Below are positions 12,991 through 25,845 of a stretch of DNA of 64,000 nt, piece by piece (position 1 is the first letter of the stretch; the number at the start of each line of letters is the position of its first letter). A program made the translations under genes and the position numbers. Source of the stretch: Hypanus sabinus (Eukaryota); NCBI RefSeq assembly GCF_030144855.1, contig NC_082709.1:150226001-150290000 (forward strand). Direction: 5' to 3'. The notes under the pieces were generated by a model. It was not told where the DNA came from and did not search any database. It was given only the letters and a program-made list of their open reading frames with translations.

Positions 12991-13877
12991 TCATATATTT
13001 CAGATTTCAGCATCTAATTTTTAAAATCTTTATCCTTTACATTTGCACCTCCTTTAAAATATGCTATGTATCTATACTATTACTATACTATCCATCTTTA
13101 TTCATTAGCCCTTTGGGTATTGAGCAACATGTGTTGGTCAGTATTTGTCAGAGTATCATGTTTTCCACTTGTGTTGTGAGGATACACAATCAAATCTGCT
13201 GTAGTCCTTGTGCAGAGGAAACACATATATGTATGTTCTGGAGTCAGCTGCAGCATGAGGGGAGTTAGGTCACAGAAAGAGAATATTTCCAAATGAAGAT
13301 TTCAAATGTCTTGAAATGTAACCAGCTGACATGACACTTAAAGATGGAGAAGGTGAAGCCTTTTTTATGATGGGGAGAGAACTTCCACAAAGTTCAGCAA
13401 GCTATGACTGAGTGTAGTTTTGTGTCACTAACGGATTGCAGTGATGGTTTAGGGCAGTTCATGGATTTAGCAGTGTGTCAGACATTATAATTGAAGCAGA
13501 GCATTGATTATTGATTAGGGGCTGATCTTGTAGAGTCAAGTGGTTAGGTTTCCTTTCAAGATGCAAGTAAGTAGCTTCATTGCTTACTGAAATGAAGCTA
13601 CTTCCCTTCAAACACTTGACTCTTGAACCAAACTGCACAGCTCTAATCACTACTTCAGTATAGCAACAACTGACTACATTGTGCTGCAATGGACTTCTTT
13701 TGTTCTAATTGTGTTCCTTATACTATAATATTGTGTAATTTATATTTAATTTAAGTTTGCCTTGTAAATGTGTCTCTGATGCTATGTGCCTGTGATGCTA
13801 TTGCAAGTAAGTTTCTCGTTGCACCTCTGCATACCAGAACGTGTGCATATTGCAATTATCTTGGCTTGACTTGTTTT

Positions 13878-14285
13878 GACACAGGAGGATCAGCAAATGC
13901 TAGTAATCTTGAGCAGCACACACAACATGCTGGAGGAACTCAACGGGGCAGGCAGCATCAATGGAAGAGAATAAACAGTAGACACTTTGGAACAAGACCC
14001 TTCATCAGGACTAGAAAAAAGGGGACAGAACCCAGAATAAAATGGTTGCAGGATAGGGAGGAATACAAGATGGCAGATCGTAGGTGAAACCAGGTGAAGT
14101 GGGTGGAGATGCCTTAAGATGCTGGGAGGGGATTGTTAGAAGAGGTAATGGGCTAAATAAGAAATGTAATAGGAGAGGACGGTGGACCATGTGATAAAGG
14201 GAAGGAAATGTGGAACAAGACAGGTGATAGGTACGTCACAAGGAAAAGAGAAAGCTGAGAGGGCTAACAGAATAGGGAATGAATA
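13878..14285 (-). mobile_element. Penelope-like element terminal repeat (pseudo-LTR) fragment
   Basis: Same terminal sequence as the element at 33055 (acacaacatgctggaggaactca...ggcagcatc...gacccttcatcagg) plus a purine-rich tract. Confidence 0.7.
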
Positions 14286-14574
14286 CAACATGACTTGAAA
14301 GCACTGTACTCCAAAGGGAAATGTGATATTGCAAGATAGTTCTCACTTCACACATTCAATCATGACAAATTGTTAGGTAAGATGGTCATGACATCACCAC
14401 CTGCACTGACGTTGTTGCAGCACCAGCCATTCCATGTCTGACTACTGGGGAAGAGTCAATGGGTATCGCTAATGGTATTGAGTTGCAGGGAGTGGATGTG
14501 ACATCTATGTGGATACTGACAGGCACCAGTGTGACTGTATAACTTGCTGTTCGAAATTCTAAACTTTGAGGGGC

Positions 14575-15068
14575 ATGAACTTTCTACAGGGGCATAATTG
14601 AGAGCATCCTGACTGGCTGCATCACTGCCTGGTATGAGAACTGTACTTCCCTCAATTGCAGGACTCTGCAGAGAGTGGTGCTGATAGCTCAGCACATCTG
14701 CAGATGTGAACTTCCCACTATTCAAGACATTTACAAGGACAGGTGTGTAAAAAAGGCCTGAAGGATCATTGGGGACCCAAGTCACCCCAACCACAAACTG
14801 TTCCAGCTGCTACTATTGGTGAAATGGTACAGCAGCATAAAAGCCAGGACCAACAGGCTCCGGGACAGCTTTTTCCACCAGGCCATCAGACTGATTAATT
14901 CACACTGACACAATTGTATTTCTATGTTATATTGACTGATCTATTGCATATACTATTTATTATAAATTACTATACATTGGACATTTAGACTGAGACATAA
15001 CATAAAGATTTTTACTCCTCATGTATATGAAGGATGTAAGTACTGTAATAAAGTCAATTCAATTCAAT
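14575..15068 (+). mobile_element. Rex1/Babar-type LINE 3' end
   Basis: aacttctacagg...attgagagcatcctgactggctgcatcactgcctggtatg (FYR..IESILTGCITAWY motif) and an (aattc)n tail. Confidence 0.85.
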
Positions 15069-15939
15069 ATTGTCATTGCTCAGGATCCCATGGCTTAATG
15101 GGGTGAATCTAGTGGAAGGAGATCCTCAAGCAAACTTATGAAATACGTAAGTATGCTCCAAACACACAATTAGCCTTTCTTCCTTACTGTCTGCTATCAT
15201 CGTGACCATGACGTTTTGCAGCAATGTGACAAGGCAATAAACCTTCTGGGGAAGTCCCCTGAGTTGTTTATCACTAAAATCTCATCTTGAAATCCCAATT
15301 TCAGGAAGTCAACGGTACCCTGTGTTGGCCTTTGAGTGGCTGGATCTCTGGTTACAGGAGGTGACAGATCTCCACCAGCATCTCCTTAGGAAAAAAATGA
15401 TACATACAGCACATCAAAGAGAGTCTGTAAAAGCTTTTCCACACATTGATTTTTAATTCTGTTTCAGCATTTTAAAAAATGCTATCAAGTGATCACTGTA
15501 CAATAATTACAGGTTTTCACTTGAGAATTTGGGGTCCATTCACATTTAAAATGGTACATAATGAATACTAGCCCAATTTTCCATGCACACTTCTATTTTT
15601 GTCATGAATATCAACAAAATGTTTCTAATAGAACATGTAATTTTATTTGACATTTCACCATCTAATTGGAACTGAGATCTTGGTCTTGGAATGGGGACCT
15701 GGAGCTACAGAACTGTAAATGCTTCAATGCAGATGAAGTCAATTGCTGAAATATTTAATCAGGCATTGCCAATTTTTTTTCTGGAAGGAACTGTAACCAA
15801 ATAAACTAAATGTTATCTATGGAGTTTTATCAACTTCCTTGCTTACTGTGTGTATTACAGAGTGATCATCGTAATTACTAACTAGAATTGTGCCGTATTT
15901 TAAGGAAATAAGATCAGTAATAAGCCCTGTCTTAAAGTC

Positions 15940-16330
15940 AGGTCACACTGGCCTTTCCTTCCCTCCATCCTCACCATATTTATTATCATCAAAATCTTTC
16001 TATTTTGCCCTGAAGTTTAAAGACTGCAATCCTCTTTCAAATTCTTCATTCCTTTCATCTAATCTTGTGTGATTTTGCCTCCCACCCCATTTTTGTCTCA
16101 CTGTTGTTGATTCAGGCACCAAATACTTGGCCCCCACTCCATCATTGAAATCACTCCTTAAATTTTCCACTTCTCTTCTTTGACCTATGACCACAGTTGT
16201 ATTCAAACCATTGATCACCCATCTTCTTGGATCCATTTTTGTTCAATGCTTATCTTTTCTTTTGCCTTGATGAAATGATTTGGGGTATTTCCCCTAAGTT
16301 ATTGATGTTATGTAAGCAGTTGTTGTGTAT
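15940..16330 (+). mobile_element. Ancient L2-like LINE 3' end
   Basis: Pyrimidine-rich, decayed sequence ending tgaaatgatttggggtattt...tgttatgtaagcagttgttgt, which resembles L2/Deu-SINE tails. Confidence 0.4.
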
Positions 16331-16669
16331 GAAATATATTTAATGAACCTGTTCCCAGAACCACTCAGAAGATTAAAGATCCAGTTGTGTATCTTCCTGA
16401 CTGACTCCTGCCTGCCCTCTTCCCTCTTCAATTTTGTTCTTGCTTCTAGAGTTAGAGTAATCTGTGATGGTCTCCATAATCTGTAATTGATTGCTTCATA
16501 ATTGATGGACTATTAGTCTGAAACTTTTTTTTGTCACCGTGTCAACACATAATTGTTTAGAGTGTTGGCAATCAGTGACTTGAACACTTCCAATTTGGGG
16601 GAGTAGATAGGGGAATAGGACTAGTTGAATTGCTCTTGCATAGAATTGACCAAGATTCAATAAACCTCT

Positions 16670-17300
16670 TGAGAGAGCAAACAGCATTTGGCCTTTACTA
16701 AGGGGACGGATTTCAAGAATAGGAAGGTTTTGTTGCAGTTTAACAAGGTGTTGGTTGCACCTCATCTGGAAAGTTGTGTACAATTTTGCTCACCTTATTT
16801 AAACAAAGACATAGTAGCATTGGAAGTATTCCAAAGGAGATTTTTTTTAGGGAAATTCCTGATATTTAAGGATAGTCCTATCTTGAGATGCTAGACAGTT
16901 TGCCTCTATATTGCTCGGAATTTGGAAGAAGGGGTGACCTTATTTGGACACCTGAGATCCTAAGGGCGTTTGGCAGGCTAGATGTGGAAATCTAGACTTA
17001 GATCCCACTGTTGAGATTGTTATGAATGAATGGACCTAGGTCCACTATAGGGGGCCTGCCATTTGAATTGAAGTATGCTGAAACCTCTTTTCAAAGTATG
17101 GTGAACCTTTGGATTTCTCTGCCCCTGAAGGTGGTGGAGCCTATGGAAATGATAGATAAATACTGGAAAATTGAAAGAATAGAGAATTTTGGGAGATTGG
17201 CACAGAGGAGGAGTAAAGGCCAGCCTAAATCATCCACAATCAGATTGAATGGTGGGGCAAGTTTGAGGTGCTGGTGGTCTACTTGTGCTGCCATTTTCTT
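16670..17300 (+). mobile_element. Old CR1 LINE 3' fragment
   Basis: ORF reads LLQFNKVLVAPHLESCVQFCSPYLNKDIVALEVFQRRF, the CR1 ORF2 C-terminal motif. Confidence 0.8.
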
Positions 17301-17834
17301 GTGAACAAATGGCTTCCATCCATGATGTAATCCTCCACTGATTCTGATGTAAACTGTAGTAAATTAGCATTTTCTGCTTCAGGATATAAAACTTGAAATA
17401 ATAAAAAATTATATTTCTTTGCCAAATTTAATTTATTGTTACACACCAGAGTAATTCTGTAAACATGTACTTGCACACAGCTCTGAGCACTTAAATGTGT
17501 TCACATTTGCTTTCCTGATTTTTTTTTTGTTCTCATACTATGCACCTGGAATTGAAGCTACCATCACCTGTTAGATTCCCACCTCAACTATTAAATGCTA
17601 ACTTGAGTCAGTCTGAATCACATTTCCAGCAAGGACAAAATCACCATGTAATTGGGAGCTCACAAGTCTGTCAAAGCTCTGCAGTTCTTTGCAGCTTAGA
17701 TTAAATGTTGGAGACAGTGTAGAAGGAGCTTTAGTCCACTTCCTTCCCTTGTAGGTACATAACACTATACCGAATGAGTGATCAATGCATGGTCAATAAT
17801 AGAAATTGGGGTTGTGGGGGGGGGGGGGAGCAGG

Positions 17835-20296
17835 ACCTAACCGGGGGAAGCAACACCAGCCATTCCTCTGGCACTGAGTCTGGCCCTCTGGCTCAGAAGG
17901 GTAGGGAATAGAAGAGGGTGGCAACTGTAATAGGGGACTCTATAGTTAGGGGGACAGATAGGCGAATCTGTGGGCCAGAAAAAGAAACAAGGATGGTAGT
18001 TTGCTTCCCAGGTGCCAGGGTCTGTGATGTTTCTGAACACGTCCACAATATCCTGAAAAGGGAGGGTGAGCAGCCAGAAGTTGTGGTATGTATTGGTACT
18101 AACAACATGGGTAAAAAAAGGGAGGATGTCCTGATAAAAAGTATAGGGAGTTAGGAAGGAAGCTGAGAGTCAGGAACTCAGGTTAGTAATCTTGGGTATG
18201 CTGGCTGGGTCCACATGCTGAGATTGCAAAGTGAGCTGGAAAGGGCATGTAATAAGGGTTATCTAACAATTTTAAGGGTGGACTTCAATATGCAAGGGGA
18301 TTGGGAAAACCAGGTTGGTGTTGGATCGCAATAGGGGGAATTTGTTGAATGCCTATGAGATGGCTTTTTAGAGCAGCTTGTGCTTGAGCCTACTCAGGGA
18401 AAGGCTATATTAGATTAGGTGTTATGTCATCATCCAAATTTTATTAGGGAGCTTCATGTAAAAGAACCCTTAGAAGGCAGTGATCACAATATGATTGAAT
18501 TTGAGAGGGAGAAGCTTGAGTCAGATGTATCAAAAGCAGGATGGAATAGAGGGAATTACAGAGGTATGAGAGAGGACCTTGCCCCAAGTGGATTGGAGGA
18601 GGATACTGGTGAGGATTATGGCAGAGTAGAGGTGGCTGAAGTTTCTTGGAATAGTTCACAAGGCACAGGATAGATATGCCCCACAGAAGAAGAAGTTCTC
18701 AAGTGGCAGGGGTAGGCAACCATGGCTGACAAGGGAATTTAAGGACTGCATAAAAGCCAAACAAAGGGCACATAATGGAGGAAAAGTGAATGGGAAGTTG
18801 GATGATTGGGAAGTTTTTAAAATCCAACAAAAGGCAACTAAAAAGGCCATAAGAAGGGCAAGGATGCAGTATGAGGGCAAAATAGCCAATAGCCAAAAAG
18901 ATAGTTCAGTTATATTAAATGTAAAAAGGAGGTGAAATGGTGGATGAACTTAATAAGTTCTGTGCATCAGTCTTCAGGTACCCAAGTGGGGTACTTGGAG
19001 ACTAATGATAATAAGTCAGTCAGCAGGATTTCTGTAAAGCGAAATATTGCCCAACAAATCTGCTATAGCTCTTCAAGCAAATAACAAGCAGGGTGGACAA
19101 AGGAGAGGCAGTGGATGTCATTTACTTGGATTTTCAGAAGGCGTTTGATAAGGTGCCACACATGAGGCTGCTTAAGAAGATAAAGTCCTGTGGCGTTACA
19201 GGAAAGATACCGGCATGGACAGCGGAATGGCTGACAGGCAGTCGAACAGGTGAATGAGAATAAGGGGGGCCTTTTCTGATTGGCTGCCAGTGACTAATGG
19301 TGTTTCTCAGTTGTCAAAATTGGGACTGCCACTTGTCACAATGCTTATCAATGATTTAGATAATGGAATTGATGGCTTTGTGGCAAAGTTTGTGGATGAT
19401 TCAAAGATAAGTGGAGGGGTAAGTTGTGCTGAGGAAGCAATGTAATTGTAGAAGGATTTAAACAAATTGGAAGAATGGGTAAAAATGTGTCAGATGGAAT
19501 ACAATGTTGGGAAATATATGATAATGCAATTTGGTAAAAGGAACAAAAGTGCAGACTAGTATCTAAATGGGGAGAAAATTCCAACATCAGAGGTGCAGAG
19601 GGATTCAGAAGTCCTCATGCAAGACACCCGGAAGGTTAATTTACAGTTTGAGTCTGTGGTAAAAAGGAAAATGCAATGTTGGCATTCATCTCAAGGGGAA
19701 TAGAATATAAAAACAAGGAGATAATACTGTGGCTTTATAAGACACCAGTCAGGCCACATTTGGAGTACAGTATTGTCAACAGTTTTAGGCCCCATATCTT
19801 AGAAAGGATGTGTTGTCATTGGAGAGAGTCCAGAGGAAGTTCACAAGGATGATCCCAAGAATGAAAGGGTTAACATATGAGGAGCATTTGGCAGCTTTGG
19901 GTCTGTACTCACTGAAACTTAGAAAAATGCAGGGGGATCTCATTGAAACCTACTGAATATTGAAAGATAAGGTAAATGTGGAGAAGATGTTTCCTGTGGT
20001 GCAGGTGTCCAGAACTAGAGGGCACAATCTCAAAACTAAGGGACAACCCTTTAGAACAGAGGTAAAGAGGATTCTTTTAGCCAGAGAGTAGTGAATCTGG
20101 AATGCACTGCCAAGACCATGGGTATATTTAAAGCAAAAAATTGATACTTTCCTGATTGCTCAGAGCATCAAGTATTATGGTGAGAAGGCAGGTAGGTGTA
20201 TGGGGTTGAGTGGGATCCGGGATCAGCCATAATAGAATGGCAAAGCAAAATCGATGGGCTGAATGGTCTAATTGTGCTCCTATGTCTTATGGTCTA
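17835..20296 (+). mobile_element. CR1 LINE with ORF1 SGNH-esterase fragment and internally deleted ORF2
   Basis: ORF1 motif VIGDSIVRG...PGARV...VVVCIGTNN, endonuclease end EPLEGSDHNMIEF, RT motif VAKFVDDSKI, and a tatgtcttatggtc tail. Confidence 0.92.
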
Positions 20297-21739
20297 AATA
20301 TAACAGACACATTTAATGGATTTTTGCAGAATTATTAAGACATCACAGCATGTTTCTTTGTAAATGGAGGCAGAAATAAAACCTAAAATGGCATAAATTG
20401 GGCCATTTTAAAATTCATTAAAAATTTCCATGTTCAAAGTTAGGATCAATTACCTACGTTATCTGGGGTTTTAATGCATATGACTAACATTGTTGTTCTC
20501 AAATGAATTAAAGTCTCTTAAAATGTTAACAGAAAATTTCTTCAGAAGACAATCCCTCACTATGAGGGACTACTTATTATGACTAAATTTAACCACAATG
20601 ATAGGAATATAACTTGAGCCTATTTTTACTATCAGTTCATCACTAACAGTCCCCCTTTTCATTTCATATATGGATTGTAACAGGTTCCAATCTCCTCTTC
20701 AAATTGTCTACATTATTTTGGATAGGAAAAGTGCTGATGCTGGTGAATGTGGAATTGAGTGACTCCTGGTGTGATCCATCTCAACATCAGCACACATTAA
20801 TCCAGGGCAGTATTGTTTTGATTTGCTTCATTGCTGGTCTGGTTGCCTAAGGCCATGGTCTGAAGTCAGTATTCAAAATCCAATTTGTTGGCTTTATTGT
20901 TTCTTTGGCACAGCAAACTTGGCATAAAGTCAGTATAAACTTGGTATAAACGTGGAATAAGTTGGAAATGAACACAGGATCAGAGGTAAATTAAAGTGAC
21001 ATTCCCCTATTATTCCACTCACTGGACTACAAAAATATAGTTTAATGCAAATTGCTCGTGTTTATAATAAGATTATACAATGTATATAAAATGTGCAATA
21101 TATGATATATATGCAAACAATGTAAAGATTATGTGTGAACTGCAAAATATTGCATAAATATTCATTAAAATGTACAGAAGATTTATCTGTTTCATAAAGA
21201 AGTATACTGTCCACTGGAATATAACTGCTAATCCAGTTCACGGTATATTCTAATGGAGTGTAGAAATGAAATAACTGGCATATGGAAATAAAGATTTCAA
21301 ACTCTCCGGATGGTTAGTTCGGTTACTCATTATAACTTCAAGATCCCTGTCACTTCTGACCATACTAATCTTTATCTGATGTATAAAGGAATTTTCAATA
21401 TTGATTTTTGCTAGGCAAATTATTTCCAGTTTGCTCTCATTCTATGTTTCAAAATCATGCTCTTAGGTAGAACTAGCAGGCAGGTTCAACATTGATTGTT
21501 CAATATAATGTTGGCATTGTATTTCATACATATTCCAATGCCAGCAATAACAGTCATTTTTCAAGGTCTAAAAGGTGGTCTCTTTTAAGCTGCCAGGACC
21601 AGGCCTATTGTTGACCTTCCTCAGTCAAGCAACCATGAAAACAGATAATTGGTCATACATACAGTAGTTTCTCTTGAAGGACAGTGCTTGCCACACCTGT
21701 GCCACGCCTGTGCATGGTAAAAATGATTGATTTTATTTT

Positions 21740-23690
21740 AGAACATAGAACAGTACAGCACAATACTGTACTTCAGCCCATGATGTTGTAGTGAATATTT
21801 AACCTACTCCAAGATCAATCCAACCTTCCCTCCATTTTCTTTCACCCATACACTTATCTAAGAGTTTGTTAAATGTCTCTAGTGTACCACCAACCCGGCA
21901 GCGTGTTTCATCCACCTACTTGTTTGTGTAAAAAACTGCCTCTAATATCCCCCTATACTTTCCTCCAAGCTAATACAAGGAGCCAATTTGTGTCTGCATC
22001 CTATCGATGTCCCATTATCAACTACTTCAACTCTCTACACTATCCACAACACCACATCTGCAATCTTACCATATCACCTTTTCACTTCCTCATCCAAGTC
22101 ATTTATAAAAATCACAAAGAGTAAGGTCCAGCACAGATTTCTAAACAAGCCTACCACTCAAAACCTTGTCTAACCTTACTAAGCAACACACACAAAATGG
22201 TGGGGCACTCAGTAGGCCAGGCAGCGTCTATGGACATGAATAAACCGTCACTGTTTTGACTGAGACCTTTCATCCAGCATTTTGTGTGTGTTGCATTGGA
22301 TCTCCAGTATCTGCAGATTTTCTTATGTTTGTGAAATGGCTTACTGAAATCCATATACACCACATCTACTGCTCTTCTTTCATCAATATGTTTGTTACTT
22401 CCCAAAGAATTCAATCAGTCTCGTGAAATTTAACTTGCCCCTCACAGAACCATGCTGACTATCCCTAATCACACTGGGCTTCTCCAAATGCTCATAATCC
22501 TGTCTCTAAAAATTCTCTCCAAGAGTTTGCCTACTGCTGACATAAGACTCACTGGTCTATAATTCCCAGGATTATTTCTATTACCTTTCTTGAGCAAAGG
22601 AATAACATTTACCACCCTTTAACCCTCTGACACTACTCTTGTGGCCACTGAGGATGTAAAGATCAGTGCCCAAGGTGCAGCAATCAATTCCCTTGTTCCC
22701 ATAGTAAGCTAGGGTATATCCCATCCTGCTCTGGGGACTTAATTATCCTAATGTTTTTCAAAAGTTCCTGCACATCCTCTTTCTTGACGTCAATATATCA
22801 GCCTGTTCTACAGTCACTTCACATTCATCAAAGTCCCTCACCATGGTGGATACTGAAGTAAAGTATTCATTAAGGACCTCTCCTACCTCCTCCAAGTCCA
22901 GGCACATGCTTCCTCTGTTATCTCTGATGGGTCCTATTGTCACTCTAGCCACCTTTGTGTTCTTCATTTATGTATAAAACACCTTGGGGTTTCCCTTAAT
23001 CCTGCCACCAAGGCCTTCTCATGCCCCTTTCTAGTTCTCCTAAGTCCCATCTTAACCACCAAGGCCTTCTCATGCTCCTTTCTAGTTCTCCTAAGTCCCA
23101 TCTTAACCACCAAGGCCTTCTCATGCCCCTTTCTAGTTCTCCTAAGTCCCATCTTAACCACCAAGGCCTTCTCATGCTCCTTTCTAGTTCTCCTAAGTCC
23201 CATCTTAACCACCAAGGCCTTCTCATGCTCCTTTCTAGTTCTCCTAAGTCCCATCTTAACCACCAAGGCCTTCTCATGCTCCTTTCTAGTTCTCCTAAGT
23301 CCCATCTTAACCACCAAGGCCTTCTCATGCCCCTTTCTAGTTCTCCTAAGTCCCATCTTAAGCTCCTTCTTCCCTAGCCTGTAACTTTCAAGAGCTATAC
23401 CTAATACTTGCTTTCCAAACCTTAAATATGATTCTTTCTTCTTCTTAACTACTGTATATGTTCCACATCTCTTGTCAGCCATGGTCCCTTCACCCTGCCA
23501 TCCTCTCTCAGCTTCCATGGGACAAATCTATACTGAACCCTAAAAAAGTACTCCTCGAGGAACCTTCACTTCTGTTTCCAATCTATGCTCTCAAATTACT
23601 GCCTAATGGCATCATAATTTTCCCTTCCTCAATTAGATACTGTCTCATACTGATTGTTATTATCCTTGTCCAAAGATATAGTCAAAATGC
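21740..23690 (-). mobile_element. CR1 LINE ORF2 fragments containing a nested Penelope terminal repeat (about 22180-22330) and a minisatellite
   Basis: Reverse tail tagaacatagaacagtacagcac. Motifs AVDVVYMDFSK and EEVGEVLNEYF are present. Confidence 0.88.
23005..23361. repeat. Minisatellite, 7 x 51 bp, derived from CR1 ORF2
   Basis: Unit ccaccaaggccttctcatgc(c/t)cctttctagttctcctaagtcccatcttaa. It translates on the minus strand as KMGLRRTRK(G/E)HEKALVV x7. Confidence 0.97.
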
Positions 23691-24244
23691 TTTGTTCATC
23701 TTCAGGGTGTAAATTCTCCTTTCCCCTTTATATAAGAAATGAAACAAAAAGTGGATGGGTTGTTGTAATGGTTGCATTTTTATTCAGATCAGGTGAAATG
23801 GTTTCCATATTGATTTAACAAGGAAGCTGTGACCTGAGACAGCCCATGAGAGTTAAGATATTCCTGACTGCCAGAAGCCACAAAGCATTTGCTGCATTTC
23901 AATAATTTCAAGCTAAAAGGTTCATTGACTTGTTGCATGGCTGGATGCCAATATGATCTGGATGATAAGTGCTTTTCTCTCCTATGACTTAGTGGTAACA
24001 AAGACATTTAATATAATGACACAATATCTTTAGGAAACAAATTATGAAAACAAATTAATGCAAAGTTGATTCCATGGACTATCTAAACGTCAAATCAAAA
24101 GAAGACACTGGAGAAAACATTACAGAATTTTAATTGGAGAAAAATCATTACCCATATTGGCTCAAGCATCCAACCAGAGACTTCAGTTACTCTCGCGGCA
24201 AACCTGATTTCATTGTGGTTTATGGTCTTTAGTTGCTGAAAACA

Positions 24245-25845
24245 CCACTGCCGTTGGCTGAATCAAAGGTGGTGGTGGAGCATATAGGAAGGAATCTGAA
24301 AATCTAGCTGAGAGGTGTTGCAACAACCTCTCACTCAATGTCAGCAAGACAAAGGAGCTAATTATTGATTTCAGGAGAGGAAATCAGAGGTCCTTGAGCC
24401 AGTTCTCATTTGGGGATCAGAGGTGCAGAAGGTCAGTAACTTTAAATTTAAAGAGCCATTATGAAGAAAGCACAACAATGCCTCTGCTATCTTAGAAGCT
24501 TGCGAAGATTTGGCATGTCATCTAAAAGTTTGTCTAACTTCTATAGATGTGTGGTGGAGACTATGTTGACTGGATGATTGACTGATGGTCTGGTATGGAA
24601 ACACCAATGCCCTTGAAAGGAAAAGTTTACATAAAGTATTGGATATGGCCCAGTCTATCATAGGTAAAGCCTTCCCCCACCATTGAGCACATCTACAGGA
24701 AAGCAACAGGGACCCCCACCACCCAGGTCAAGCTCTCTTCCCACCTGTGCCTTCAGAAAGAAGGTATAGAAGCCTCAGGAACCACACCACAAAGTTTAGG
24801 AACAGTTATTATCCCTCAACCATCAGGCTCTTGAACCAAAGGGGATAACTTCACTCAACTTCTCTCACTGATCACTGATCTGTTCCCACAGCCCATAGAC
24901 TCACTTTCAAGGAGCCTTCATCTCACATTCTTGATATTTATATTTTTTCTCAGCTCAAGCCAAGCACACTTATTTCACAATTGCTAGGAACTTTTGGACT
25001 ATTCTAGTAGTGTCTGGTATTGTGGTACTTAACGTAAATACTGCTGTGTAGCCCTAATTGTTTAATGCTGTTGTGTAATGACTTTGGGATGATACCAGTT
25101 GTAAGTACTCCTATTGGGGTTATGTATACCCTGTTCATGTTTCATAGTCCTTCAATTTCCTCTTTTAATTTCTGGTGTTTTTCTCATTGATTTCTGTATA
25201 TTATGTGTGTGTTGGATTGTCTATATCTATGAAGTAAGTTGTTCTTGCTTGTTTATCCTCAATATTATACCCAGACCTTTATTATTGATTGTCCTACCTG
25301 TAATAATGGATCGGACATTATATCATTTATAGCACTCTCATTCTAAAACTGCATCCAGCTTGCATTTATAGTAAGGTATGGTGTCTTTTATGAGTTTATA
25401 TTTTAAAGCAAGATTTTGGTGAATGATGTTTGCTACTTAATTTTGCCTTTGTAAGTCATCAGATTGAGCTAAATTGCTGCAGGATCCTGTAATGTGTTGG
25501 ATTGTTTCTGGTTTCTCTTGGCATTTTTTGTATTTATTGTCTTGAATTTTTTGGTCTTTTATTAAGTATTTTTGATTTTTTTTGTGTGAGTGTTAATCAC
25601 CTGGTCCTGTATTGCTACAAGGAACTTTTCTGTTTCTGGGAAGAAGTCTCCAATTCTGAGCCAGATGCTTGTTGTTTCCTTGTCGACATTATAATCATTA
25701 TTATCTCTTTTTTACTTTCTGTATTTGCACAGTTTGTTGTCTTTTGCACATTGGTTGTTTATCTTACTGTGAATACCCAAAAGAAAATGAATCTCAGGGT
25801 TGTATATGGTCACAAAATGTACCTTGATGATAAATTTACTGTGAA
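24245..25845 (+). mobile_element. Rex1/Babar-type LINE 3' portion, interrupted by an R4/Dong element
   Basis: LNVSKTKELIIDFRR and FYRCVVET motifs at 24330-24570. The 3' UTR resumes after 25690 and ends gataaatttactgtgaac. Confidence 0.8.
24946..25690 (-). mobile_element. R4/Dong-clade LINE fragment (CCHC knuckle plus restriction-like endonuclease)
   Basis: The minus strand reads, with frameshifts, WLRIGDFFPETEKFLVAIQDQVINT...KCQEKPETIQHITGSCSNLAQ...VANIIHQNL...DKQARTTYFIDI...TGIIPKSLHNSIKQLGL. Confidence 0.85.

Noticed and set aside
23005-23361. Possible CRISPR array or repeat-protein gene
   Set aside because: The units are contiguous with no unique spacers, the context is eukaryotic, and the unit is CR1 ORF2 sequence.
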